A DNA stretch of 64,000 nt from Polyangia bacterium (GCA_050287845.1 JBNKCR010000065.1:1-64000); one strand, 5' to 3'. Positions 48,021 through 58,799 are shown, counted from the stretch's first letter. Translations and numbers: made by a program. The notes: a model not told the origin generated them from the sequence alone.

Positions 48021-48533
48021 TTATTCATCCGGATTATCGTTGAGGTCGTCTTCGGTGACCTGCAAATCTTCTTCAGTTGCATTGTCATCCACATTTGAGC
48101 TACCGGTTTCTGATGTACCGGATTTATCCGTTTCCGTCGGCGTATCCGGCGTTATCTGTTTTGCAGATGGCGCAACACCATATTCATTTTTCAATTTTCT
48201 TTCCAGCTTGTTGAACAAAAGACTTTCCACATACCTGGGTTGTCCCTGCAGATTCAACTGCACCCGGACGTACTCCCGGTCATTTCTGACCACCTTCAAT
48301 ACCTCAAGGGCGCCGTTGGTGGTCCGCCCGCTGTCTGTGAATTCAAACAGCACATACCCCGTATCCTTGTCTTTTTCCAGGATGCGAAAGCCTTTGTCAA
48401 CCCGGATAAATCGTACGGCGCAACGCCAGACAATACTCTCACTGTATGTCAATTCCTTTGAAATCGATGCTTCCGCCACGCCGCTGAGCAGCAGCAACTG
48501 GATGCCCACCAGAGCCAGAACCAATTTTTTCAT
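48021..48533 (-). CDS. Hypothetical secreted protein
   Basis: MKKLVL signal peptide ending AEA. AGGAGG RBS. Acidic tail. Confidence 0.72.
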   Translation of the reverse strand: MKKLVLALVGIQLLLLSGVAEASISKELTYSESIVWRCAVRFIRVDKGFRILEKDKDTGYVLFEFTDSGRTTNGALEVLKVVRNDREYVRVQLNLQGQPRYVESLLFNKLERKLKNEYGVAPSAKQITPDTPTETDKSGTSETGSSNVDDNATEEDLQVTEDDLNDNPDE

Positions 48534-48629
48534 CGCACACCTCCTGTAATACCTTGTACTACAAAGGCACACATTAACCAATTTTTTACAACGGTTTTTC
48601 CCCGGAATATCGGGCGATGAAGATGAATG

Positions 48630-49370
48630 TTATTGGTCGGTGAAAAAGGAGCTCTGGTAATCGGCCTCGGTCATCGGCTTTTTCTCGGCCATTTTTTCAA
48701 ACACGCGAAATGTGGCCCGCTCGCGCTGACGACGGTTTTCCGGGGTGGGGCCGGGGGCCGGGGCAACCGATGAAGTTCGTTGCTGGTGCCTGCCCACAAG
48801 ATTGCGAAGCGCTGAACTGGTGTGTCCTGAGGACTCCTCTGCCACCAGTTCGCCCTTCTTCGCCTCCCACATATCCACTGCGGCCCCCCCCAGGCTGCCA
48901 TCGAAAATTTTGATGTGATATCGTTTGGCATCGTCATCCGCATTCGCCGGATCTCTCTGGGAAGACGCGGGAATCGCTGCGGAGATAAAATACCCGCCAC
49001 CAAACCGGTTCGGCTGGATGTTCACTTTTCCCGCCAGTTGATTCAGAATGTATGTCTTCACTGATTCAATGGAATGCGTCCCCTCGAATCGCCTGACGTT
49101 TTCGCCGGCATTTACCGGAATCATTCCCCTGGGCATCCGGATGCCAAACACCATGTGGGTGCCGTGGGCCAGCACCGGTGAAGTCAGCTCCGGGTCAACC
49201 CGCTGCGGCGCGGATACCGGTGCAGTATCCGCTGCCACCGGAGATGCCTCCACGACCACTTTCAGGTCGGTATCCGCCGAAGTGTCCACCTCCGTGCGCT
49301 GCCGTTTACAGCCAACAGTCCCCCACAATAGAAGCAAACCACCCAGATAAAGTGGAAGGTGCCGCAGCAT
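48630..49370 (-). CDS. Hypothetical lipoprotein directly downstream of pilY1
   Basis: TVGC lipobox. Starts 1 nt after the pilY1 stop codon. Confidence 0.68.
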   Translation of the reverse strand: MLRHLPLYLGGLLLLWGTVGCKRQRTEVDTSADTDLKVVVEASPVAADTAPVSAPQRVDPELTSPVLAHGTHMVFGIRMPRGMIPVNAGENVRRFEGTHSIESVKTYILNQLAGKVNIQPNRFGGGYFISAAIPASSQRDPANADDDAKRYHIKIFDGSLGGAAVDMWEAKKGELVAEESSGHTSSALRNLVGRHQQRTSSVAPAPGPTPENRRQRERATFRVFEKMAEKKPMTEADYQSSFFTDQ

Positions 49371-49371
49371 G

Positions 49372-52300
49372 TCAGCTACCTCCCGTCACAATGGACCAGG
49401 AATCAATGCCCACGCGGGTGAAGCCCTCTTGAGGCGCCGGCAAATCGAGGGCAATGGTATCAATCTGCGGTGGTGTGCCGGCACTGGACGACGGTTCGGT
49501 CGGAGGCGCCGCCGGATTGGCCCGTTGCACCATCAGCGTAAACCCTTCCCGGCCGCCACACGACGGTCTTCGTACCAGCCGAAGTCCGGTCAGCACGGTA
49601 CCATCATACACTTCAAATGGTTGCAGCTCCGTCTCATCCGGCAACTGGAGCTGGGGATACACATCCGAACCGGTGCCGTCGGTGGTGGTCAAGGCGTTGA
49701 AATTCACGCCCCAGATTTTCGATCCACCATCATCGCAGGCGTTCTGACTGGCGTTTTCAAGGGGGGTGAATGTGGTAAAATACGCCACTTTATTGAAAAC
49801 AAATATTCTTCCCAATAATTTCTCGCCCAGTCCAAAAAAGTCGTACCCGCCAATATTGGCACGACCATCGGCGGCGGCAGTGTTTTCCCCCGAGGCAGAG
49901 GGAAACATTTCATTTTCGATGTTTGCCAGTTCTGTCCCGGGCGCCATGGTCAATGGTTTGTCCGGCACCCCTTCACCCAACCACCAGTTCACTTCCGGAC
50001 TGCCCATCGTCAGCACGGATGAAGTGACATCATCGGTGGCATCATCCGAAGTGCCACCATCATTGAACGACATCTGAATATCCGGCTTCTGGGTAATGGA
50101 GAACACCCGGTGATGATCCAGCGTTTCCAATCCATCCACCTGCCCGGTACCGAACAGCAGCACATTGTTGCGCTCCTCGTCCTGCACGATGGTGGGGGGC
50201 GCGAGCATGGGAATTCGCGGGAACGGATAGGCCTTGTTGGCACACGATTTTCCGGTACATTTGTCGGTGCCCAAATCCTCTTTGGCTCGCCCTGCTGTCT
50301 GAAAAATCGCCTCAATTTCCGCGGTGGTGCATGCCAGAGAGACATCGGTCTGCTTGGACGTACAACATTCCGAGAACCCGGCATCGCCCGCTGCGTTATC
50401 GTCTTCGTCACTCAGGCAATCCCGGTAGGGAAAATGCTCGGCCAGCAGGGTATCGAAGAACAGGCGCAATTTCCATTCAGTGGGATCCATGCTGCTCATG
50501 TCAATCTGCCAGATACGGCCGCGGTCGTCCCCGATGAACGCCTGATCCGCCACCTTGCCCGTGCGAATACTGTTGGGAACCACCGGTTGACCGATAAGCT
50601 GCGCCACCCGGGCGCTCTGTCGCACTTCCGCCTGGGTTCCGGTAAAAAGCGGCGAATCAAAGATGCCACTGGCAATATTATCCGCATCCACATCGCCATC
50701 CACCGTGGGGTCCAGATAACGAATCAGTTTGCCGTCCGCCAGTCGAACAATGTACACCCCGGTGGCAATCTCCATCCCCCCATTCTCGCTGGTTCTGTAT
50801 CCTCCGGGCAAAATGGCCACAGCCACCTGATGTTTCATTGATGAACTTGTATTTTCTTTAGGTGGTATCCCTTCAATGTATACATACGCCAGTTCCGGAC
50901 GGGAGAGCGCCATGCCCATCTTCGCGAATCTGGCCCGCATCAGAGAATAGTCCGACATGGGGTCTTCACCGGAGGCCGCGTATTTCGGGGCGTTCACCCC
51001 ATACTCGTCCGGAGAAAGCTCCCAGCGGTACACCGGGCGATGCTCCGGCCCCCGGGTCACATCCAGGGCATAATACCCAAATCCGCCCTTGCCAAGACCT
51101 CCTACCACAATGGAACGCCAGTAATCCAACTCATCCACCGAAGTGTCGGTGTTGTTTTTATACAGAAGCACATCCGCCGCCACCGGCGATGCATCCACAC
51201 CGAACATGTGCTGATAGCCACTTTCGGTAGTGGTGTCGAGTTCGTATGACGATACCCACTCGTCATCGGTGGTATCGGATGTCCCCTTGTCATCCCACTT
51301 GTATTCCCTGAGCACCCGCACCGGGAACTGTTTTCCGATACCGGGCAACAGCGGCGAGGGAATGAACCCCCACCCTTCCGCATCCAGATCCGTGTGTCCG
51401 GTCAGCCCCGACATCACATTGAACGAATGAAGAATGCCATCATTGGTTCCCACATAGAGCAGGGGCTGACGCGTACTCATCAACTGGTTGGGCGTCTCGA
51501 TATCCCCGGCCGGGCCTTTGACCCAGCCAGAATTATTGTTTCGGAATTCCTGATAGGACGCATAGGGCACCCGCTCGTTGGGAGCCGTCAGCACCGTCGG
51601 TGTGGAGTTGTAAATATCGCCCAGCGGATGCTCCCCCCGGGGGGTGGCATCGTCATTGCCATAGAGATACTCGGCAACCGCATCCACATACAGATGTTCG
51701 GTTTCAGACCCGGTTTCTTCAATTCCCAGATCGTTGTCATAAAGCGGTGCGGTCGAATTGTCGAATTCCACCAGCAAATCCACGAGCCCTTTTTTGAACT
51801 GCGGGTCTGTGGAGTATGCCAGGTCACCGTCCGTAATGTCCGGTTTCCGCACGTACAGCCGTCTTTCCGTCTGGTCTTTCAGCATGTTGTGGAAAGCATC
51901 CGGGGAGCCCACCGCGCCGCCGTCGCTGCTGTCTGTTCCTTCCTCGAAGGTGCATTGCTGCCCCTGGCGATACAGATACCCTTTCCATGGCCCGGCGGTC
52001 TCGGAACGGTACCCCGAGTTGAACACAAACTGGGCCGCTGCCGTGGGGGTTTCCACACTGGCATCCGGGTTGGTGGCGGTGACAATCTCCGTGCGGGTTG
52101 AAACGGTTTCGGGCGATATGGACTGGAGAACCATGCTCAACACCTCAGTGAGCTCCGCCGCGCTGTCCACAAAAATGGCCCCATTTTCCTCGCCATCATC
52201 TGCTTCGCCGCCGCAGTTGTTTTCATCCTGCTCACACCACTCGCTTTGCATGACCGAAGCATCTTCCACACTGGGGGTGCGCCAGGGAGGCTGGCGAAAT

Positions 52301-54042
52301 GTTCCGCTGGCATTTATGGATACATATGGCAGCACGTTTGCATCCGTCGGCCACCCCGCCAGCGCCAGCTTGTTCAGATACTGTCTGGGCGTCACCCAGA
52401 CCTCTGCCGAATCTTCCGCATCGTCGGTACATTCGGTCTGACTCAGTTCTCTTAAAACAATACAATCCTCCGCCGGCGCCTTACAGAACCCGTTTCCTGC
52501 GGCATCGGTCGTCCAGACCGCCCCGGTCGAGGGCACATCGCACCGGTTGGGGGTGGAATCGTCTTTCTCCTTCATGTTCACACCGATGACCACCAGGTAC
52601 AGGGGCTGCACGTCGGTGCTGCCCACACTGGACGCCAACCGGTCCACCACGTGAAACATCTGTCCCACTTCGGTTTCCGTGGCATTGAACGGACAATAGT
52701 AGCCTTTGGTGGTATCCAGGGCCGTCCATGGGGGAGGCGGCTCTCCGGCCTGTGCATTCTTGCTGCAATACTCCTGGGGAAATTCCAGAGCGTCGGTCTG
52801 GATGCCATCGGTAATGAATACAGCCACCTTGGGACGGCACTGAAAAAACAAATCCGCGCCGCCGTTGTATCCCGGGCGGGCTTCCGGGGCATTGTACAGA
52901 TATTCCCCCGCGTCATCGAACATGGCCGCATCGAAAGAGCAGTGATTGGGCTCCGTGGTACTCAGCACATCCCGGACATCCTGGTTGGAACTCTCAAAAT
53001 CGTCCGACAGCGGCACCATGCGACCCACCGCCTCGGGATCGGGACCGCGCACACCGGCATTCCAGAACCGCCGGGCGGACGTGGTGGGAATGGCCCCATC
53101 ATATGCAGGATTATTGGGGTCCCGTTGCTCGTATGCAATAATGTACCAGGGCACATCCCGGCCGTAGTCCCAACCGGCCCGATGCCGGTCTTCCACACCC
53201 CATGAATTGAATTTCGCCGTGCTGCTGGCCGCGTCCCAGTAGGTGTACGTGGGAGCGGGTAAATTGTCGAAAGTCATCAGATTGAACCGCGCCAGGCTTC
53301 GATACAGCTCCAATACACCGTCGGTGGACCGGTCCATGGCCAGGGGATGAAAATTCAGGCAGATTTCCCGCATCACTTCCCCATCGTCCACCACGTAATA
53401 ATTGGTCTCACCGTCGATTTCATCCTGGCACCAGTACTCCCGCCCGGTGCTGGTTATTATGATGTGTCCGGGCACCGTGCCGGGTAGATTGCCGATGCAC
53501 TGCTGATAGGTCTCGTTCCAATCCCCGCGACCTCCCACCGCAGTGGATCGGGGATCCCGGCAATTGATAAGCCGAAAATGGGGTTCCCGGCTGAACTGCC
53601 AGTATTCGGAAGTGAGCACGGACGCGTTATCCATCAACAATTGGGTATCGGACATAATCGCGTCGCCGAGGCCACTGATGGTATCGGCTTTAATGAGTGG
53701 GCGGATGCCGGCCTCTTCGTAAAAACAGTGCTGGTACAAATCAGGGACAGAGCCCAGCATGGCCTCCAGCACCATCTGCCAGGACGTGGTGCCCACCGAA
53801 AACCCGGTCTGGGTATTCATCTGTGCACACTGCGACTCTGAAATATTGGTCCGCCGATCTGATTCGTAATCATCGGCATCGGTCATTTTGGTCCAGTTCA
53901 TTCCCCGTCCGGTATCCAGGAGGATGGTGACATTGGGGTTGATGTGCTGTCCCGGAAGCTGTGCCCGGGCACTGACGCCAATCATCGTTGTCGAAGCGAG
54001 TATTGCTGCTGCCCATAAAATATGTCGTTTCATCTTCATCAT
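49372..54042 (-). CDS. pilY1: PilY1-like type IV pilus tip adhesin
   Basis: Signal peptide and vWA-like ILLDTGRGM / VFITDG. PilC-type propeller motifs LGDIYNSTP, YVGTNDGILHSF, EGWGFIP, GVDASP, YYALDVT, GDDRGRIW and AYFTTF. Confidence 0.88.
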   Translation of the reverse strand: MMKMKRHILWAAAILASTTMIGVSARAQLPGQHINPNVTILLDTGRGMNWTKMTDADDYESDRRTNISESQCAQMNTQTGFSVGTTSWQMVLEAMLGSVPDLYQHCFYEEAGIRPLIKADTISGLGDAIMSDTQLLMDNASVLTSEYWQFSREPHFRLINCRDPRSTAVGGRGDWNETYQQCIGNLPGTVPGHIIITSTGREYWCQDEIDGETNYYVVDDGEVMREICLNFHPLAMDRSTDGVLELYRSLARFNLMTFDNLPAPTYTYWDAASSTAKFNSWGVEDRHRAGWDYGRDVPWYIIAYEQRDPNNPAYDGAIPTTSARRFWNAGVRGPDPEAVGRMVPLSDDFESSNQDVRDVLSTTEPNHCSFDAAMFDDAGEYLYNAPEARPGYNGGADLFFQCRPKVAVFITDGIQTDALEFPQEYCSKNAQAGEPPPPWTALDTTKGYYCPFNATETEVGQMFHVVDRLASSVGSTDVQPLYLVVIGVNMKEKDDSTPNRCDVPSTGAVWTTDAAGNGFCKAPAEDCIVLRELSQTECTDDAEDSAEVWVTPRQYLNKLALAGWPTDANVLPYVSINASGTFRQPPWRTPSVEDASVMQSEWCEQDENNCGGEADDGEENGAIFVDSAAELTEVLSMVLQSISPETVSTRTEIVTATNPDASVETPTAAAQFVFNSGYRSETAGPWKGYLYRQGQQCTFEEGTDSSDGGAVGSPDAFHNMLKDQTERRLYVRKPDITDGDLAYSTDPQFKKGLVDLLVEFDNSTAPLYDNDLGIEETGSETEHLYVDAVAEYLYGNDDATPRGEHPLGDIYNSTPTVLTAPNERVPYASYQEFRNNNSGWVKGPAGDIETPNQLMSTRQPLLYVGTNDGILHSFNVMSGLTGHTDLDAEGWGFIPSPLLPGIGKQFPVRVLREYKWDDKGTSDTTDDEWVSSYELDTTTESGYQHMFGVDASPVAADVLLYKNNTDTSVDELDYWRSIVVGGLGKGGFGYYALDVTRGPEHRPVYRWELSPDEYGVNAPKYAASGEDPMSDYSLMRARFAKMGMALSRPELAYVYIEGIPPKENTSSSMKHQVAVAILPGGYRTSENGGMEIATGVYIVRLADGKLIRYLDPTVDGDVDADNIASGIFDSPLFTGTQAEVRQSARVAQLIGQPVVPNSIRTGKVADQAFIGDDRGRIWQIDMSSMDPTEWKLRLFFDTLLAEHFPYRDCLSDEDDNAAGDAGFSECCTSKQTDVSLACTTAEIEAIFQTAGRAKEDLGTDKCTGKSCANKAYPFPRIPMLAPPTIVQDEERNNVLLFGTGQVDGLETLDHHRVFSITQKPDIQMSFNDGGTSDDATDDVTSSVLTMGSPEVNWWLGEGVPDKPLTMAPGTELANIENEMFPSASGENTAAADGRANIGGYDFFGLGEKLLGRIFVFNKVAYFTTFTPLENASQNACDDGGSKIWGVNFNALTTTDGTGSDVYPQLQLPDETELQPFEVYDGTVLTGLRLVRRPSCGGREGFTLMVQRANPAAPPTEPSSSAGTPPQIDTIALDLPAPQEGFTRVGIDSWSIVTGGS

Positions 54043-54047
54043 CCTCG

Positions 54048-54743
54048 CTAATTGCCATAGGCGGCAATGGGGCCAATGGTCACACGCCCCTTGCCCGTTG
54101 CCCGCGCCGTTTCCACAAACTGCGTGTTCCAGAATGCATACGATGTCCCGAAACGCACGGTCACATTCACGCCAAACACATACCAGGCATAGTTCTGGTC
54201 ATCAAAACAGGAATATCCCGGTGGACAGGGCCCCACCAATGGCGGATCGTATGTGATAATCGTCTGATAATCTGCGTTGGTCCCCGAACTCAGGTTGCTC
54301 AAATCGGGAATGAATCCCTGGGGACAATCCGTGTCGGATGCCGGATTGCAGGTGGCTGTGGTACCAGTGGTGAAAAAGTCGTCCGACAGCATGAATGCGT
54401 ACTTCACCTCCCACAGATTCATATCATCCCCCACAATTTCCATGGTGCCGGTATTCGGGGTGATGAAATGCTCCCGGTAATAATCCGGCGAGGCGCGCAG
54501 ATCCGTGATGGCCACTGCCATGGCGCTTTCCACCAGCGCGACGGCCTGGGTGGAATCCACATAAGCCCCGGTGGACCTCGCCTCCTGTCGGGAATGCCGT
54601 ACCGCCAGCAGCCCGAGCCCACTGATGAGGATCACCAGCAACAGTACCATAATCAGCACAAATCCCCGTTGGGTCCGTGCCATGTCCCGTTTGATTTCAC
54701 TCATGTGCATACGCATCATCCGCCCCCCCATCAGTACGTCCAT
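54048..54743 (-). CDS. pilX: PilX-like minor pilin
   Basis: QRG|FVLIMVLLL prepilin motif lacking Glu5, the PilX/GspK hallmark. Start uncertain. Confidence 0.75.
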   Translation of the reverse strand: MDVLMGGRMMRMHMSEIKRDMARTQRGFVLIMVLLLVILISGLGLLAVRHSRQEARSTGAYVDSTQAVALVESAMAVAITDLRASPDYYREHFITPNTGTMEIVGDDMNLWEVKYAFMLSDDFFTTGTTATCNPASDTDCPQGFIPDLSNLSSGTNADYQTIITYDPPLVGPCPPGYSCFDDQNYAWYVFGVNVTVRFGTSYAFWNTQFVETARATGKGRVTIGPIAAYGN

Positions 54744-56002
54744 GACCAGGCCTGATCGTTCGAATTAAACAGGTACATCTGGCTCTGGATATTGGGCAGT
54801 TTCACTTCCACCGTGTATCGGCGCACCTTGTAATTTCCCACATCAACGGGATTGCCGCCGCTATCCACCGGCGCATTGGCCAGTTCATCGGTCAACACCT
54901 GACCGGCACCGGTGCCTGTTCCCTGGGATTGATCCGTTCTTTCGGTGCGCACCGCCAGAGAGATGATGGCCGAGCGCACATACTCCGGAAAAACCACGTT
55001 GCTTTCAATATTGGTTCGGGTGGGAAGAGGCAGCTGGTCAACCGCAGACGTCTGATTCACCAGCACGGCCGTTTCCGGAGGCAGCGTGGTGATGCTCGCC
55101 CCGGTCAGTGCGGGGTAATACGCCTGGTCCGCCACCGGCTGGGTGCCGTTTCCGGTGCTGTTGGGATCAACCGCGCGGAACCACACCTGAAAGTCCACCA
55201 CATTTTCCGCCACCACCACCGCATCCCTGGCGGAAACCGCGCTGATGGCATTCTTTGCCCCGGTGCCGATGGTGGCGGAGGTGTTGGTGTCGTAATCAAT
55301 AAAATAGCGCATGAGCACATTCCGATTGCCGTCGAGGTTTTCCACCCGGAACATCACTGCCTGATTGGCGCCCACCTTCACATTTCGTTCGCCAAACGCA
55401 TTGCCTATCAGTTCCCCGCCCACGGTGGTAATCTGGCAGGTCTGACAGACGCCATTATTACAGCCATTTTCTGCCGGAGTGGTACTGGCCGATATTTTCA
55501 CTTCGTGGGTCTGACCGGTGGCCAGGACGAGATGGGCAAAGGCGTAATTGCCGTTAAACTCCCGGGCGCACTGCCCCTGTGGAAACCAGCCATGCATCAG
55601 AATGGTGCCATTTGCATCCACCTCGCCCTCATACATGGTATCGCCGATAAAATTGCCCACCAGGATGACCGTGTCCGGGCCGGTGGCATTGGGATTGAGG
55701 TGGACAATGGGATTTCGAAAATACGCCATGTGGGTTCCACTCCCGGCGCCACCATCACTCACCAGTGAATTGCTGTTTTCGTCGGACCGCGGATTCGCCG
55801 CATAGAACATCCCCGCCCGCATGAAGTCAAACCGGAGCATATCAATGCCCGCCCGGGCTGCCTGGGACGCCTCCACCACCATCTGCTCGTTTTCCGCAGT
55901 CTGGGCCATCGATCGCGTAATCATGGTGAGGGAAATGGCCGCGATGGAGCCCAGCAGCAGGGCAATCATCATTTCAATCAGTGTAAAACCGCGTTGTTGC
56001 AT
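54731..56002 (-). CDS. pilW: PilW-like minor pilin
   Basis: QRG|FTLIEMMIAL, DFMRAG and VAENVVDFQV motifs. Confidence 0.82.
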   Translation of the reverse strand: MQQRGFTLIEMMIALLLGSIAAISLTMITRSMAQTAENEQMVVEASQAARAGIDMLRFDFMRAGMFYAANPRSDENSNSLVSDGGAGSGTHMAYFRNPIVHLNPNATGPDTVILVGNFIGDTMYEGEVDANGTILMHGWFPQGQCAREFNGNYAFAHLVLATGQTHEVKISASTTPAENGCNNGVCQTCQITTVGGELIGNAFGERNVKVGANQAVMFRVENLDGNRNVLMRYFIDYDTNTSATIGTGAKNAISAVSARDAVVVAENVVDFQVWFRAVDPNSTGNGTQPVADQAYYPALTGASITTLPPETAVLVNQTSAVDQLPLPTRTNIESNVVFPEYVRSAIISLAVRTERTDQSQGTGTGAGQVLTDELANAPVDSGGNPVDVGNYKVRRYTVEVKLPNIQSQMYLFNSNDQAWSWTY

Positions 56003-56014
56003 ACGTGCCCCGTT

Positions 56015-56677
56015 TCAATCCGTTACTTTATTGGCAAAATCCCTGGTCAGGATCTGCTCCATAATCAGTGAATGATAGTTGGCCGGTACCGCGCCATCCA
56101 CAGCGGAAGCATCACCGATATGGCTGGCGCAGTCGGTCCAGTCGCTGCCATCGGTCACATATCCCCCCTCCATGGGCCAGGTGACCATCACAGAGGCGTG
56201 ATACAGATTGCCCGGCAGTGCCTTGCTGGAACCGGGCCCGTTATTAAAGAGTACCCGGAAATGAATGCAATACTGGGCCGTATCGGCGGCAGCATACTTG
56301 GCATCGGTTTCGTTGGACAGATACTCGTCAAACCGGAGACTACTGCCCTTCCCCGACAGGGACACCCATCCGGTATCCGTGGCGGCAACGGTATCGCGCA
56401 GTTTCATGAAATACGAATGCGTAAATGAACCGGTAATCGGTGTTTCCCCGGGGGCATATGCGGCCACTTCGTTTTCGAGCCAGGTCATGGCGAACTGAGC
56501 CAGATTGGATGCCGCAGTCCGTTCCCGCCCGTACACCGAGGCATCCATCGATACCTTGTTCAGCGCCACCAGTCCCATGGCGGTAATGGAAAATACCACG
56601 GTGGCAATCAGCACCTCAAGCAGTGAGAAACCCCGATTTTCTGTTTTTTGTCGTATTGCTTCTGTCATGATTGACAT
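56015..56677 (-). CDS. pilV: PilV-like minor pilin
   Basis: NRG|FSLLEVLIA, RTAASNLA and VMVTW motifs. Confidence 0.78.
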   Translation of the reverse strand: MSIMTEAIRQKTENRGFSLLEVLIATVVFSITAMGLVALNKVSMDASVYGRERTAASNLAQFAMTWLENEVAAYAPGETPITGSFTHSYFMKLRDTVAATDTGWVSLSGKGSSLRFDEYLSNETDAKYAAADTAQYCIHFRVLFNNGPGSSKALPGNLYHASVMVTWPMEGGYVTDGSDWTDCASHIGDASAVDGAVPANYHSLIMEQILTRDFANKVTD

Positions 56678-56680
56678 GCC

Positions 56681-57490
56681 TCACTCATCTATCGCAGTCA
56701 ACTTCACATACGGATGTCCGCCTGCGGGTATCATCACGCGACGGGTGACATCCTCGGACCCCACCGGCGTTACCGAAGCGGCGCCGGGCGGGCAGTTGCC
56801 GGTCCCCGCAGTAAATCGATTGAATCGCACATCTCCGCCGCTGAACCAGTCGGTCCGGGTAGAAGACGGTGTTCCCCCGGCCGTGATCCATGGAGAACAG
56901 GCTTTGCGCCAGGGGGCGGCTGCATTCAGTGCACCGGTGGCATTACACATTGCATTGGCGTCAATCGCGCCGCTGCCGGCCCGAACCCACAATTGTCCCG
57001 AGCCGTTGTAGCAGAACGCCGCACCGGTAGTCGAATAGTCCGTCGCATCCACCGCACAGGTGCCTGACGCTGCATTCACCGCAGCAATCCGAAAGCTGCA
57101 CATATCAATACCGGAATCGGTGTAGTCCTGCGCTTTCAGATACACCACGCCAGCGCCGGGATTGGCGGCAGCCACCGTCGGATCGACACCATCATTCTCT
57201 GCCAGATTGAAACAGCGCTGTCGAATGGGCGAATTGCAGGCTGTTCCGTTCAGCAGATTCACCCACATGGAATCATTTCGAACCTCAATCACCACCGCCA
57301 GCCGACTTTTCATGGCCAGTGACCGTGCGCCAGCCACCGTCCGCTGAAACAAACTGGTCATTTCCGACAGTTTATTGCGCTTGTGCACCTGGTTCAGCTG
57401 CGGGACAGTCACCGCCGCCAGAATGGCTATCAGCACCACTGTGACCATGAGTTCAATCAGTGTATATCCTCGGATTTTAAACTTTTTCAT
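56681..57490 (-). CDS. fimU: FimU/FimT-like minor pilin
   Basis: IRG|YTLIELMVTV..AVTVP and ARSLAM motifs. ATG 57490 follows AGGAG. Confidence 0.78.
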   Translation of the reverse strand: MKKFKIRGYTLIELMVTVVLIAILAAVTVPQLNQVHKRNKLSEMTSLFQRTVAGARSLAMKSRLAVVIEVRNDSMWVNLLNGTACNSPIRQRCFNLAENDGVDPTVAAANPGAGVVYLKAQDYTDSGIDMCSFRIAAVNAASGTCAVDATDYSTTGAAFCYNGSGQLWVRAGSGAIDANAMCNATGALNAAAPWRKACSPWITAGGTPSSTRTDWFSGGDVRFNRFTAGTGNCPPGAASVTPVGSEDVTRRVMIPAGGHPYVKLTAIDE

Positions 57491-57529
57491 AAATGGATTC
57501 TGCTCCTGAATACGCCCACTTTTGTAAAG

Positions 57530-57546
57530 TTGCAATTAGTATACCG
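57530..57546 (-). promoter_or_regulatory. Putative sigma54 promoter of the minor-pilin operon
   Basis: The minus strand reads CGGTATACTAATTGCAA (GG-N10-GC with TTGCA), 40 bp upstream of the fimU ATG. Confidence 0.6.
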
Positions 57547-57754
57547 GTGCAGGGAGCGAAGTACCAGAAAGCGGCTGAATTCCCGGAATTTCCCGACAGA
57601 CGTGGGGCTGCAACGATTGAACAGGCAAATCGGGGAACCTTCATCCGGCCGCTGAATCCGGCTGCTGCAACGCAGTTTTTGCGTAGCTCCGCATTTTTTT
57701 CATAGTAGCTGAAACTCTACACCAATACAAAAACTGAAAATTGGATGGGGCCGG

Positions 57755-58726
57755 TCAGGTGAGTTCTTCGGTGCGCACCGCTTCATCGGCATACTCCAGT
57801 AACTCCCGAACCTGATCCGGCGTAAGGTTGAGGCGATAGAAAAGGGGTTCCGCCATGGGCTCCACCGTTTTCCGGGGAACTGCCGCACCCACATGACGAA
57901 GGACGATGTCCGTTACCGCAATCACCAGCGCCATATTGCCGGTGTCATTGACCTGATCCGCGTGGTGATGATGCAGAACCGCATCGGACAATACCTTCGG
58001 AAGTCCCCAACTTTCGCAGATTCGGGCGCCTACCTGCGCGTGGAGAACGTGAACCGACGCCTGAAGCGACTCCGGAGAATACAGCTCTCTTTTTACTTTC
58101 TTGCAGTGGTTGGCCACAATTCCCAGGATGATCGCTTCGCCCATATCATGGAGTAATCCACACAGATACGCCATCTCCGACTCGAACCGGAGCCGGACAC
58201 AGATTTCCCGGGCAATGCTGCCAGCCAATTGAGCGGCAGTGTACAACTCCCGCATTCGGTTGGCATAGCCGGGCACCTTGAATATCGTAGTCTGCGCCAC
58301 CACCTGAAATGCCACATCGCGAACCGCTGCCAACCCCAGACGGGCAATGGCCAGTCCGAGAGAGCGTACGGGTTGACCCCGGCTGTAAAAAGCGGAATTG
58401 GCCACCGCAACGATCTTCGCCGCCACCAGCGGATCTCTGGATACCACTTTTTCTACACGATGAAAGTCCACATCCGGCTTGTTCGCCATCTGGGTCAATG
58501 ACAGCGCCACTTCCGGTAGAATCGGAGGCTCGTAGTCGTCGGTATCCAGTATTTTTTTAACAATCTTCGCAACCTCCATGGCATCGACATCTTCACCGGC
58601 AATATCCACCAACTGCTGTTCATTGATCACATACATCCCTTTTCCGTAATCAGCCGGTCGGTTCTTTTTCATTTGCGTGGTCATAAAATTGGACTCCATC
58701 GATGTCGCACCATTGTCGGACTGCAT
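57755..58726 (-). CDS. HDOD domain protein
   Basis: PILPEVAL, DPLVAAKIVAVANSAFY, AIARLG, GLLHDMG and WGLP..HHH motifs. Start uncertain. Confidence 0.9.
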   Translation of the reverse strand: MQSDNGATSMESNFMTTQMKKNRPADYGKGMYVINEQQLVDIAGEDVDAMEVAKIVKKILDTDDYEPPILPEVALSLTQMANKPDVDFHRVEKVVSRDPLVAAKIVAVANSAFYSRGQPVRSLGLAIARLGLAAVRDVAFQVVAQTTIFKVPGYANRMRELYTAAQLAGSIAREICVRLRFESEMAYLCGLLHDMGEAIILGIVANHCKKVKRELYSPESLQASVHVLHAQVGARICESWGLPKVLSDAVLHHHHADQVNDTGNMALVIAVTDIVLRHVGAAVPRKTVEPMAEPLFYRLNLTPDQVRELLEYADEAVRTEELT

Positions 58727-58772
58727 TCACCAGTTACTAACGTCCGATTCCATACCAGATTAAGAAGTATCG

Positions 58773-58799
58773 TTAAAAAAAGGGTGCCGCTGTCGATAC
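58773..58799 (+). promoter_or_regulatory. Putative sigma28 (FliA)-type promoter
   Basis: TAAA-N14-GTCGATAC (or TTAA-N15) versus consensus TAAA-N15-GCCGATAA, about 50 bp upstream of cheR. Confidence 0.45.

Noticed and set aside
53520..53535. RGD integrin-binding motif in PilY1
   Set aside because: A tripeptide in 1556 aa can arise by chance, and there is no supporting context.
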